Positions 22,076-30,789 of a DNA stretch of 64,000 bases are shown here, piece after piece. Origin of the DNA: an uncultured Chloroflexia bacterium (GTDB lineage Bacteria > Chloroflexota > Limnocylindria > Limnocylindrales > CSP1-4); assembly GCA_963720755.1 (NCBI GenBank), contig CAVRGP010000011.1, forward strand, positions 544,001 through 608,000, read 5' to 3'. The notes under the pieces were generated by a model that ran no database searches, had not been told where the DNA came from, and worked only from the letters and a program-made list of their open reading frames with translations. The translations under genes were made by a program, and so were the position numbers. The first letter of the stretch is position 1, and each line of letters starts with the position of its first letter.

Positions 22076-23908
22076 ATGTGCGGCATCGTCGGATACACAG
22101 GCCCGCGAGAGGCGGGACCGATCCTGATCGAGGGCCTGCGCCGACTCGAGTACCGTGGCTACGATTCGGCCGGGATCGCCCTGGTCGACGATGCGGGCGA
22201 CCTGTTCGTCGAGAAGCGAGCTGGCAAACTGGTCAACCTCCAGACCGCGATCGCCGACCGTACCCCGCACGCTGCCATCGGTCTGGCCCATACCCGCTGG
22301 GCGACCCACGGGCGTCCCAACGACTTGAACGCCCACCCCCATCGCGACTGCACCGGTCGGATCACGGTCATCCACAACGGGATCATCGAGAACTTCCGGG
22401 AGTTGCGCGACGGGCTGGAGGCGCGCGGCCACGTTCTCACGTCCGAGACCGATACCGAGGCGATCGCCCACCTCGTGGAGGAAGCCTACGACGGTGATCT
22501 GGCCGACGCCGTCCGGTTCACCCTGCGGCAGCTCGAGGGGGCCTATGCCATCGCGGTCATGCATATCGGTGAGGGAGACCGGCTGGTCGGGGCGCGCAAG
22601 GATGTGCCACTCGTCGTCGGGCTCGGCGATGGGGAGACCTTTCTCGCCTCGGACGTCGCCGCCATCCTGGCCCACACGGATCAGATCATCTTCCTCGAGG
22701 ACGGCGATGTCGCCGACCTGCGGCCGTGGGGTGCGACGATCACTGACGTCGCCGGGGTGCCGAGGGAGCGCTCGGCGACGACGATCGACTGGACGCCCGA
22801 GGCGGCCGAGAAGGGCGGCTTCGACCACTTCATGCTCAAGGAGATCCATGAGCAGCCGGCCTCACTGGGTCAGTCGATCATGGGCCGGGTCGATCATGCG
22901 GATCGGATCAATATCGAAGAGCTGGCCGGTCTCGAGGCGGTCCTGGCCGGTGTGACCAGGGTCGAGCTGATCGCCTGTGGCAGTGCCTACTATGCGGCGA
23001 TGATCGGCGCGGCGGCGCTCCAGGATTGGACCGGGATCCCCGTCCGCGCCGCGATCGGATCGGAGTTCCGGTACGCGCCGCCGCCGCTCGATGCGCACAC
23101 CCTGGTCATCGCCGTCACCCAGTCGGGCGAGACCGCAGATACGATCGCCCCGACCCGACTGGCCCGTGAACGCGGCTGCCCGATCATCGCCGTGACCAAT
23201 ACGGTCGGGTCCGCCATCACCCGGGAGGCCGACGCGGTCCTGTACCTGCAGGCCGGTCCGGAGGTCGCGGTCGCCGCGTCGAAGACGTTCGTGACCCAGG
23301 TGACGACGCTGGTGGTCCTGGCCGCCGCGATCGCCAAGATCCGCGGAGCGCTTGGTGACGCGGACGAGCTGGCCCTCGGCGCGGCCCTCCGAGCCCTGCC
23401 CGGCAAGGCGGGCATGGCCCTTGAGACGGCGACCGCCGTGTCCCCTGAGTTCGCTCGCCGGTACGTCAATTCGCGAGGGTTCATGTTCGTGGGCCGGGGC
23501 ACGACCTACCCGGTCGCGCTCGAGGGAGCGTTGAAGCTCAAGGAAGTGAGCTACGTTCATGCCGAGGGCTATGCGGCGGGCGAACTCAAGCATGGCCCCA
23601 TCTCGCTCCTGGACGCCGAGTGTCCCCTCGTCGCCATCGCGACGCGCTCGCCCGTGTATGACAAGGTCATCAGCAACGTGATGGAGGGGCGGGCGAGGGA
23701 CGCCCGGGTGATCGCCGTCGCGACCGAGGGAGATACCAACATCGGTCGGATCGCCGATGACGTGTATTGGGTACCCGAGACCCACGATGCGCTCACTCCG
23801 GTCCTGGCGATCATCCCGTTGCAGTTGTTCGCGTATCACATCGCGGTCGCCCGCGGGACCGATGTGGACCAGCCACGAAACCTGGCGAAGTCGGTCACGG
23901 TCGAGTAG
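22076..23908 (+). CDS. glmS: Glutamine-fructose-6-phosphate transaminase
   Basis: MCGIVG, EYRGYDSAG, HTRWATHG, QSGETADT, PRNLAKSVTVE. Confidence 0.99.
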   Translation: MCGIVGYTGPREAGPILIEGLRRLEYRGYDSAGIALVDDAGDLFVEKRAGKLVNLQTAIADRTPHAAIGLAHTRWATHGRPNDLNAHPHRDCTGRITVIHNGIIENFRELRDGLEARGHVLTSETDTEAIAHLVEEAYDGDLADAVRFTLRQLEGAYAIAVMHIGEGDRLVGARKDVPLVVGLGDGETFLASDVAAILAHTDQIIFLEDGDVADLRPWGATITDVAGVPRERSATTIDWTPEAAEKGGFDHFMLKEIHEQPASLGQSIMGRVDHADRINIEELAGLEAVLAGVTRVELIACGSAYYAAMIGAAALQDWTGIPVRAAIGSEFRYAPPPLDAHTLVIAVTQSGETADTIAPTRLARERGCPIIAVTNTVGSAITREADAVLYLQAGPEVAVAASKTFVTQVTTLVVLAAAIAKIRGALGDADELALGAALRALPGKAGMALETATAVSPEFARRYVNSRGFMFVGRGTTYPVALEGALKLKEVSYVHAEGYAAGELKHGPISLLDAECPLVAIATRSPVYDKVISNVMEGRARDARVIAVATEGDTNIGRIADDVYWVPETHDALTPVLAIIPLQLFAYHIAVARGTDVDQPRNLAKSVTVE

Positions 23909-23918
23909 CCGCCGGACC

Positions 23919-24518
23919 ATGACAGACGGCCCTGATCCCGGCACGGTCGCCCTGCCGCCCGGTCTCGTCCCGCCCGGAACGACCGAGCTCGGTATCGACA
24001 TCATCAAGGTGGACCGGATCGCCGGGTCGCTCGAGCGGTTCGGCGAACGCTTCACGAAGCGCGTGCTGACGGACGCGGAGCGGCGCTACGTGCGGGGTCG
24101 GCCCGAGACGATGGCCGGTCGCTGGGCCGCCAAGGAAGCGGTCTCCAAGGTCCTTGGCCTGGGTGTGCGCGGGATCGGCTGGCGCGACATCGAGATCGAG
24201 CGCCTGCCGACCGGCCAGCCGAGCGTGCGCCTGCACGGCCGGGCCGCCGTTCGAGCGGAGCAGTTGGGGATGGGCCGGGTCGCTGTTTCGATCTCACACG
24301 AGTCGGAATACGCCGTGGCCGTCGCGTTCGGGGTGCGGACCGCTGGCGGGCGGTACGTCTTTCCACTGGACATCGACGACCGGCTCGACGATCGCGAGCG
24401 ACAGATCCTCGCCCGGATCGAGCGCCTTCGAGCGATGGCGGTCGCCGGCGGCGTCGAGGGGCTGGCCGCCGACGCGCCGGGCTCGCAACGACCCGCCGAG
24501 GATGAGGTCGATGGCTGA
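23919..24518 (+). CDS. acpS: Holo-ACP synthase with C-terminal extension
   Basis: LGIDII, AGRWAAKEAVSK, SISH; about 65 extra C-terminal residues. Confidence 0.93.
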   Translation: MTDGPDPGTVALPPGLVPPGTTELGIDIIKVDRIAGSLERFGERFTKRVLTDAERRYVRGRPETMAGRWAAKEAVSKVLGLGVRGIGWRDIEIERLPTGQPSVRLHGRAAVRAEQLGMGRVAVSISHESEYAVAVAFGVRTAGGRYVFPLDIDDRLDDRERQILARIERLRAMAVAGGVEGLAADAPGSQRPAEDEVDG

Positions 24519-25584
24519 TCGCAGCCCGGTCGGCTTCGGGCGCCGTGAGGTGGCCGCGGATGATCCGACTCCCGCCGACGGCCCATTCCCGGACGGAGCC
24601 ACGGTGCTCGACGAGGCCATCGCATCTGGGCTCGTCCCGGAGCGCTCTGCCAGAGGACACAAGGGCTCCTTCGGCAAGTTGCTGGTCATCGCGGGATCGC
24701 TGGATTACGCGGGCGCGGCCCTGCTCGTCTGTCGCTCCGCTGCGCGGACCGGCGTCGGCCTGGTGACCCTGGCGGTCCCCGAGTCGCTCCAACCGCTCTT
24801 CGCGGCCAAGGTCGTCGAGGCCACGACCATGGCGCTGCCCGAGGATGACGTGGAGGAAGTCGACCCCGAGCCGGCCCTCGCTCGGATCCTTGATCACGAG
24901 CACGATGCGATCGTCGTCGGCCCTGGACTTCGGCCGGGCCTCGCGACGACCGAACTGGTCCGGTCTCTGCTGTCGGCGTCCGGTGACAACGATACGGTCC
25001 CGATCGTGCTGGACGCCGAGGCCCTCCGGGCGATGGCCACGATCGAAGGCTGGTGGACGGGCGAGCGGCGCCCCTCGATCCTGACGCCGCATGCTGGCGA
25101 GTTCGCTCGACTGCGGGCCGGGAGTGGCGACCGTCCGACCGACGACGGTGACGTGGCCCTCGACGACGAAGCCCGTCTCGCGGCGGCTCTCGACGCCGCA
25201 GCGCTGTGGGCTTCGATCGTGGTCCTCAAGGGGGCTCGCACCGTCATCGCGACCGCCGACGGTGAGGCCTCCATCGCGCCATTCGCGAACCCCGCCCTGG
25301 CGACCGGCGGGACTGGCGATGTGTTGTCCGGTGCGATCGGGGCCCTGCTGGCTCAGGGTCTTTCGCCCTATTCGGCCGCCCGCCTGGGGGTCTATCTGCA
25401 CGGGCTCGCGGGCGAGGCGGGCCGGGAGCGGTTCGGCGACGCCGGGATGATCGCCTCCGACCTTCCCGACGCGATCGCCCAGGCACGCAAACGGCTCGCG
25501 CTGGTGGCTGAACGGCGAGCGGCCAGCCAGCGCCTCGGGTTCGGCGCACGTTCCCCGGTGGCCCGATCCGAGGGTCCGCCGTGA
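24511..25584 (+). CDS. nnrD: ADP-dependent NAD(P)H-hydrate dehydratase (stand-alone, no epimerase domain)
   Basis: HKGSFG, AGS..YAGA, GPGL, LDAEAL, TPHAGE, LKG, GGTGDVLSG. Confidence 0.94.
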   Translation: MADRSPVGFGRREVAADDPTPADGPFPDGATVLDEAIASGLVPERSARGHKGSFGKLLVIAGSLDYAGAALLVCRSAARTGVGLVTLAVPESLQPLFAAKVVEATTMALPEDDVEEVDPEPALARILDHEHDAIVVGPGLRPGLATTELVRSLLSASGDNDTVPIVLDAEALRAMATIEGWWTGERRPSILTPHAGEFARLRAGSGDRPTDDGDVALDDEARLAAALDAAALWASIVVLKGARTVIATADGEASIAPFANPALATGGTGDVLSGAIGALLAQGLSPYSAARLGVYLHGLAGEAGRERFGDAGMIASDLPDAIAQARKRLALVAERRAASQRLGFGARSPVARSEGPP

Positions 25585-25600
25585 GCGCGCTCCGGACCCG

Positions 25601-26851
25601 GTGACCGGGATCCTGCCGCCGCGTCGACCCATCGAGCGACGACTGGCCGACGCTGGGCTGCCTGCGCTGCCCCGCACCGCCTGGCTCGAGATCGACCTGG
25701 TCGCCCTGTCCGATAACCTGGCGCTCATTCGTGAGGTGGCGGGAGCCGACGTACCGGTCTGGCCAGTCGTCAAGGCGGATGCCTACGGCCATGGCGCGGT
25801 CCCCGTGGCGCTCGCTCTCGAATCGGTCGGCGCCGATGGCTTCTGCGTGGCCACGATGGATGAGGCCCTGGAACTCCGGGCCGGCGGCGTTCGCGGGCCG
25901 ATCGTGGTCCTCTACCCGGTGCCCCCGAGCTGGGCTGGTGAGGCGGCCCGATCGTCGATCGCCGTCGCGGCCGGGGACCTGGGGGCGTTGGCCGATCTGG
26001 TTCGAGCGGCCGCGAGCGCCGGGCAGGAGGGCCTGCTCCGGATCCATCTGGAGGTGGAAACCGGACTTGGGCGAGGCGGGCTTGATGGAGCGGACGTCGT
26101 CGCCGCAGCTCGTCTCGTTGCCGGATCGCCGAAGGTCGTCCCGGCCGGGTTGTGGACCCACCTGCAGGCCGTCGAGGATGCGGCCACGACGGCCTCTCAG
26201 GTTGCCCGCTTCGACGCCGCGGTGGCGGCCGTCGCAGCCGCCGGTATCGACCTTCCGCCGCGTCACGTGGCAGCCAGTGCCGCGATCATGTCGGCCGGGG
26301 TCGTGGCCTACGATGCGATCCGACCCGGGCTGGCCATCTACGGACTGGTGCCCGACGAACTGGACGGGTCGGCGATCGATCCGAGGATCCACGGCCGGCT
26401 GCGGCCGGTGATGTCCCTGATCGCTCGCCCGGTCCGCGTCGCCGACCTGCCGGCCGGCCATGGCATCAGCTATGGCCCGACCTTCCGGACGTCGCGCCCA
26501 AGCCGGATCGCCACCTTGCCCCTCGGCTATGGGGACGGCTGGTCGAGGCAGCTCTCGAATCGGGCAAGTGCGATCGTCCGGGGCGTGCGCGTGCCCCTGG
26601 TCGGCAACGTGGCGATGGATGCGGTGATGGCCGATGTGACCGACGTTCCCGGGGCGCCGGTCGAGCCCACCGACGAGTTCGTGTTGTTCGGCGGATCCGG
26701 TGGTGAGCGGATCACGGTCGCAGCGCTGGCGCAGGCGCGCACCACCAATCCGTGGGAGGTGGTGACGGCGATGTCCCGCCGCCTCCCTCGGGTGTACCAT
26801 GCCGCCTCGGGGCCGGTCGGTCTGCGGACGTTGACCGGGAGGAGAGGCTAG
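25601..26851 (+). CDS. alr: Alanine racemase
   Basis: VVKADAYGHG (PLP Lys), RPGLAIYG, ISYG, GYGDG. Confidence 0.97.
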   Translation: MTGILPPRRPIERRLADAGLPALPRTAWLEIDLVALSDNLALIREVAGADVPVWPVVKADAYGHGAVPVALALESVGADGFCVATMDEALELRAGGVRGPIVVLYPVPPSWAGEAARSSIAVAAGDLGALADLVRAAASAGQEGLLRIHLEVETGLGRGGLDGADVVAAARLVAGSPKVVPAGLWTHLQAVEDAATTASQVARFDAAVAAVAAAGIDLPPRHVAASAAIMSAGVVAYDAIRPGLAIYGLVPDELDGSAIDPRIHGRLRPVMSLIARPVRVADLPAGHGISYGPTFRTSRPSRIATLPLGYGDGWSRQLSNRASAIVRGVRVPLVGNVAMDAVMADVTDVPGAPVEPTDEFVLFGGSGGERITVAALAQARTTNPWEVVTAMSRRLPRVYHAASGPVGLRTLTGRRG

Positions 26852-26854
26852 GGC

Positions 26855-27382
26855 ATGGTACGGATCGAGCTGTGGAACGGTGACATCTGTGATCTGGAGG
26901 TCGACGCGATCGTGAACGCGGCGAACCCGTCGATGTGGATGTCAACCGGCGTTGGCGGGGCCTTGAAGCGGGCTGGTGGCGATACGATCGAGTTTGCCGC
27001 CGTCAGGCAGGCTCCCGTTCCCCTCGGAGGTGCGGTCGTCACCCCGGCCGGCACCCTCGCCTGCAAGGCGGTCATCCACGCCGTCTCGCTCGATCGCGAT
27101 CGCCGGACGAGCGGCCCGGTCATCGAGGCCGCGATCCGCAGCGCCATGGCCCGCGCCCGGGAGATCGGCTCGACGAGCATCGCGTTCCCGGCACTCGGGA
27201 CCGGTGTCGGTGGTTTCCCGCTGGACGAGGCTGCCCGGATCACGGTCGCGACCGTACGGTCCGAAGTGGAAGCCAGCCCAGCCATCGAACATGTCATCTT
27301 CGCCCTTCGTGGAGCGGCTGCCTACCACGCCTTCGGGGCGGCGCTCGAGCCGGTCACGGAAGGGGTCACGGGACCGTCGTGA
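26855..27382 (+). CDS. Macrodomain (ADP-ribose binding/hydrolase) protein
   Basis: GDI, DAIVNAAN, VIHAV, SIAFPALGTGVGG; the usual GGG loop reads STG. Confidence 0.93.
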   Translation: MVRIELWNGDICDLEVDAIVNAANPSMWMSTGVGGALKRAGGDTIEFAAVRQAPVPLGGAVVTPAGTLACKAVIHAVSLDRDRRTSGPVIEAAIRSAMARAREIGSTSIAFPALGTGVGGFPLDEAARITVATVRSEVEASPAIEHVIFALRGAAAYHAFGAALEPVTEGVTGPS

Positions 27383-27669
27383 GCTCGCCCTACGAAGCTG
27401 ATGAAGCGCAGCGCGACGAGCTCGTCGAACTCGTCGCCCGTGAGATCCAACTCCTGGGTCTGACTGGTCCGGCGGTCCATTTTCTCGAGGCCAGTCGGCC
27501 GTATCGAGAGCTCGGCGCCAACGCGATGCTCTTCTTCGACCCGGTCCTGCGCGGGGTCTTCGGCGGGGATCTGGCGTCGGCGAGCGAGCTTCTGGCCGAC
27601 GACATGGGGATCGAATTGCTCATCGCCCGCCTCGAGGGGGTCGATGACGAGATGATCTGGGACGCCTGA
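27379..27669 (+). CDS. Small acidic helical hypothetical protein (96 aa)
   Basis: GTG 27379 overlaps the macrodomain stop (GTGA); MSSPYEADEAQRDELVELVAREIQLLGLTGPAVHFLEASRP...; the longer ORF-track start at 26935 is spurious. Confidence 0.75.
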   Translation: MSSPYEADEAQRDELVELVAREIQLLGLTGPAVHFLEASRPYRELGANAMLFFDPVLRGVFGGDLASASELLADDMGIELLIARLEGVDDEMIWDA

Positions 27670-27705
27670 CCGAGTCCCGCTGAGTCGCCGGCCGGCCCGG
27701 CCGGG

Positions 27706-27711
27706 TAGCAT
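27706..27711 (+). promoter_or_regulatory. -10 box, probable leaderless promoter of the GlmL-like gene
   Basis: TAGCAT, 6 nt, GTG(27718); preceded by twin CCGGCCGG palindromes at 27688-27704. Confidence 0.55.
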
Positions 27712-27717
27712 GCACGG

Positions 27718-29322
27718 GTGACGAGCGAGCCCCGAGCCTTCCTCGCCCTCGATATGGGCGCCGCCACGATCGCCGCGACGTTGATCGGACGGGTCGATGC
27801 GCGTTGGCGTCTCATCGGGGCCATCGCGATGCCCGCCGAGGCCGACGTCGAAGCGGTCGTCGCCCTGCTCGGCGATCGGGCGATCGACGCCGACCCGGCG
27901 CTGGCGACCACCATCGGCCTGCGCCGAGGCGCCGCCGCAGGATTGCCCCGTCTCGAGGTCGAGAGTCATCCCCCGCGGGTGCTGGCGGTGGTGGCCGCCT
28001 CCGAACGTGCCCTGGCGCCGCTGGTCGCGTCGGCCTCGCGAAGCGGATGGCGGACCGTCTCCGGCAGTACGGAATCGGTCGACCCGTTGACGATGTCGGC
28101 CATGTTGCTGGACCCGGATGTTGCCGGGATCCTCGTCGGTGCGGGTGATCCGCCAGGCGCCGATGAACGGCGAGCCCTCGGCGAGCTATCGGCACTGGTG
28201 TCGGCCGCCGCGAGCCGACGGCCCGACCTGGTGATCGTCCTGGCCGGCGGGATGACCGACCGGCTCGCGGCGTTCGGTGACGCGGATCAGCGTTCGGGTG
28301 AGATCGTCCTGGCGCCGGCGGCGACCCGCGGGGTGCCCGGCGGACCGCTGGCCGACCTGCTCATGGAACTCGCCTTGCCACCGGTCGATTCGCACCGTGC
28401 TCTGGGCCTGGCCGCGATGGCGCTGGCCGAGGTGCTCGACCGACGAGTCGACGTCGTGGAGATCGGATTCGACGCCGGGACCAGGGCCGCGGCCAGCCCG
28501 AGCGTCGGCGGTGGCCCTGCGTCGATCGACCTTGCCGTCGTCCCGGCCGCCGCCCTCGCCCCGGTCGATCCGGATGACGGGGTCGTCGATCGGGTCGGGG
28601 CCTGGTCGACCTGGGGTGCCGATCGGCATCGGCTGCGGGATCGGCTCCGGGAATTGCGGGTCGCCCCGTGGAGCGATGCGACCGGAGATGGGATCACCCT
28701 CCGGATGGCGTCTGCCCGAGCGGCGCTCGGCCGGCTCGCGGAGTGGACGCCAGAATGGATGGACCGCCCGCCCGCCGACCTCATCGTGGCCGCCGGTGGC
28801 GCATGGGCGGTCGCGCCGGCCCCGACCGCGGCCCTCGCCATCGCCGACGTCCTGCGCCGGCCCGGGGCGAGTCAATTCGCCCTCGACCACGCACGCTTGC
28901 TGGCACCCCTGGGCGCGATCCCCGACGCGGATGAGCGGCGGGCCATGGTCGCCGACCTTCTCGATGATCTGCTCGCACCCCTCGGCACGTTCGTCACCCC
29001 AGCCGGTCTTCGGCCCGGCCGGAGCGCAGGCTCGGTGGTCGTCCACGGCCAGAGCGGAGACATCCAGCACGACCTGAGGCCGGGTGGTCTCGCCCTCGTC
29101 GACCTCGCGCCTGGCGCCACGGCCAGCGCCGAATTCCGATTTCGCGACACGGTCCGACTGGGCGCCCGCGGCCGGCATTTCGTCATCGATGTGACCGGCG
29201 GACTTGGCGGTCTGGTCGTCGATCTGCGCGACGTCCCGCTCCGCCTCCCTGACCGAGCCGATCACCGCGGGGAGCTCCTCGAGTCATGGCAGGCAGCCCT
29301 GCTCACCGGACGTTCGACATGA
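27718..29322 (+). CDS. Divergent glutamate mutase L (GlmL/MutL)-like, actin/ASKHA-fold protein
   Basis: N-terminal FLALDMGAATIAATLIGRVDARWRLIG resembles the GlmL phosphate-1 strand (DxGSTxTK, degenerate here); ILVGAG, IVLAG, DLIVAAGG, and C-terminal GGLGGLVVDLRDVPLRLP...W resemble the family. Family call is from motif memory. Confidence 0.6.
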   Translation: MTSEPRAFLALDMGAATIAATLIGRVDARWRLIGAIAMPAEADVEAVVALLGDRAIDADPALATTIGLRRGAAAGLPRLEVESHPPRVLAVVAASERALAPLVASASRSGWRTVSGSTESVDPLTMSAMLLDPDVAGILVGAGDPPGADERRALGELSALVSAAASRRPDLVIVLAGGMTDRLAAFGDADQRSGEIVLAPAATRGVPGGPLADLLMELALPPVDSHRALGLAAMALAEVLDRRVDVVEIGFDAGTRAAASPSVGGGPASIDLAVVPAAALAPVDPDDGVVDRVGAWSTWGADRHRLRDRLRELRVAPWSDATGDGITLRMASARAALGRLAEWTPEWMDRPPADLIVAAGGAWAVAPAPTAALAIADVLRRPGASQFALDHARLLAPLGAIPDADERRAMVADLLDDLLAPLGTFVTPAGLRPGRSAGSVVVHGQSGDIQHDLRPGGLALVDLAPGATASAEFRFRDTVRLGARGRHFVIDVTGGLGGLVVDLRDVPLRLPDRADHRGELLESWQAALLTGRST

Positions 29323-30308
29323 CCAGCGTCGGTATCCGACTCGTTCCAGCCCGAACGATCATCTCGTCCCCGGTCGATGCTCGATTCCGGTTGTCGCCGG
29401 GCGATCGTCCGCTGGTCAGCGCGGGCGATTCGGTCGTCGTCGGCGCACCGATCGCCGAGCGCCTGCGCGACCCGCGCCTCGACCACGTCGATGTCGCTCC
29501 GGAGGCGCCCGATCCCCGACCGGGTGCGCGCTGGGCCGGGCGATCGCGCCACGGAGCCGATCACGGGCCGACCGGTGAATACATGTTCGCGTGGGATGGG
29601 CGCTGGCGGGTCGCCGTCGGCGATATCGCCGATCCGATCGAAACGCCATTTGCCGGGATCGTCCGCGAAGTCCGCCCCGGGACCGACATCACCATCCGGG
29701 CAGCCGGCCGGGGGATCCGCGGTGTGGCCGCGTTCGGGACGGCGACCCGTGGTCGCCTGCACGCCGGCGCGGATGGTGAACTGCGATCGGGTGGCCTCGA
29801 CGTCGGATCGGCCGGGACGATCCTGGTCGTCGGTGCCCGCGTCGACGCGGAAACCCTCACGCGGGCGCGGGCGATGGGCGTCCGGGGCGTGATCGTGGCT
29901 GGGATGTCGAGCAAGGAGCGCCGCGACTTCCTCGGGTCGGAGGCCCGCCAACGGGCGGCCCTCCACCGTCTGCCGCCGTTTGCCGTGCTCGTGCTCGACG
30001 GCGCCGTCCGTCGCCCCCTGTCGGGTGCCGTGCAGGCCGTCCTGGGCGCGCTCGCCGGCCATCAGGTGGCGATCGTGACGGATCCCCCGATGCTGGTCTT
30101 CGACCAGCCCAGCGTCATCATCGAGCCGCCCCCGAGCGACCTCGTCCGGATCCGTTCCGGCGCGCTCGCGGGTCGTGAAGGACGGTTCGTCTCCGCGATC
30201 GGCCCTCGCCGGTTCGCTGGTGGCGTCCATCTCGAGGCCGGGATCGTCCTGCTTCCGGATGGGACGGAGGCAGCGATCCCGATCGGCGATCTCGAGCGGT
30301 TCGTCTGA
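29319..30308 (+). CDS. Hypothetical protein: barrel-sandwich-hybrid-like N-terminus, swivel-like middle, KOW-like C-terminus
   Basis: ATGA overlap with the upstream gene; PLVSAGDSVVVGAPIA...TPFAGIVREV; GTILVVG...ARAMGVRGVIVAG; DLVRIRSGALAGREGRFV. Confidence 0.7.
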   Translation: MTSVGIRLVPARTIISSPVDARFRLSPGDRPLVSAGDSVVVGAPIAERLRDPRLDHVDVAPEAPDPRPGARWAGRSRHGADHGPTGEYMFAWDGRWRVAVGDIADPIETPFAGIVREVRPGTDITIRAAGRGIRGVAAFGTATRGRLHAGADGELRSGGLDVGSAGTILVVGARVDAETLTRARAMGVRGVIVAGMSSKERRDFLGSEARQRAALHRLPPFAVLVLDGAVRRPLSGAVQAVLGALAGHQVAIVTDPPMLVFDQPSVIIEPPPSDLVRIRSGALAGREGRFVSAIGPRRFAGGVHLEAGIVLLPDGTEAAIPIGDLERFV

Positions 30309-30315
30309 GTCACCG

Positions 30316-30789
30316 ATGCCGTCCGATACCCGGCTCGAACGCCGATCCACCTGCCCGGATCCGGCCGCGACGAGTGCCTTGGGAGCGGCGCTGGCGGCGG
30401 TCGCCCAGCCCGGCGACGTGATCTGCCTGTGGGGCGATCTCGGCGCGGGCAAGACGCACCTGGCCAAGGCCATCGGGCGGGCCCTCGGCGTCGAGGAGAC
30501 CATCACGTCGCCGACGTTCATCCTGATGGCCGAATACCGGGGTCGCCTGCCGCTGTTCCACATCGACCTGTATCGGCTGGCCGACGCCACCGACGCCCTG
30601 GCCGGCGGCCTGATCGACGACCGCCAGGCCGATGGGCTGACTCTGATCGAATGGCCGGATCGACTGGGACCGGCGCTGCCGACCCAGCGCCTCGACATCG
30701 TCATCGACGGTTCCGGCGACGAAGAGCGCCTGGTGACGGTCCGCGCGTCCAGTCCGGCGAACCAGCGGTACCTCGAGGTCGTGCCGTGA
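30316..30789 (+). CDS. tsaE: tRNA t6A biosynthesis ATPase TsaE
   Basis: GDLGAGKT, ITSPTF, HIDLYRL, LIEWP. Confidence 0.97.
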   Translation: MPSDTRLERRSTCPDPAATSALGAALAAVAQPGDVICLWGDLGAGKTHLAKAIGRALGVEETITSPTFILMAEYRGRLPLFHIDLYRLADATDALAGGLIDDRQADGLTLIEWPDRLGPALPTQRLDIVIDGSGDEERLVTVRASSPANQRYLEVVP

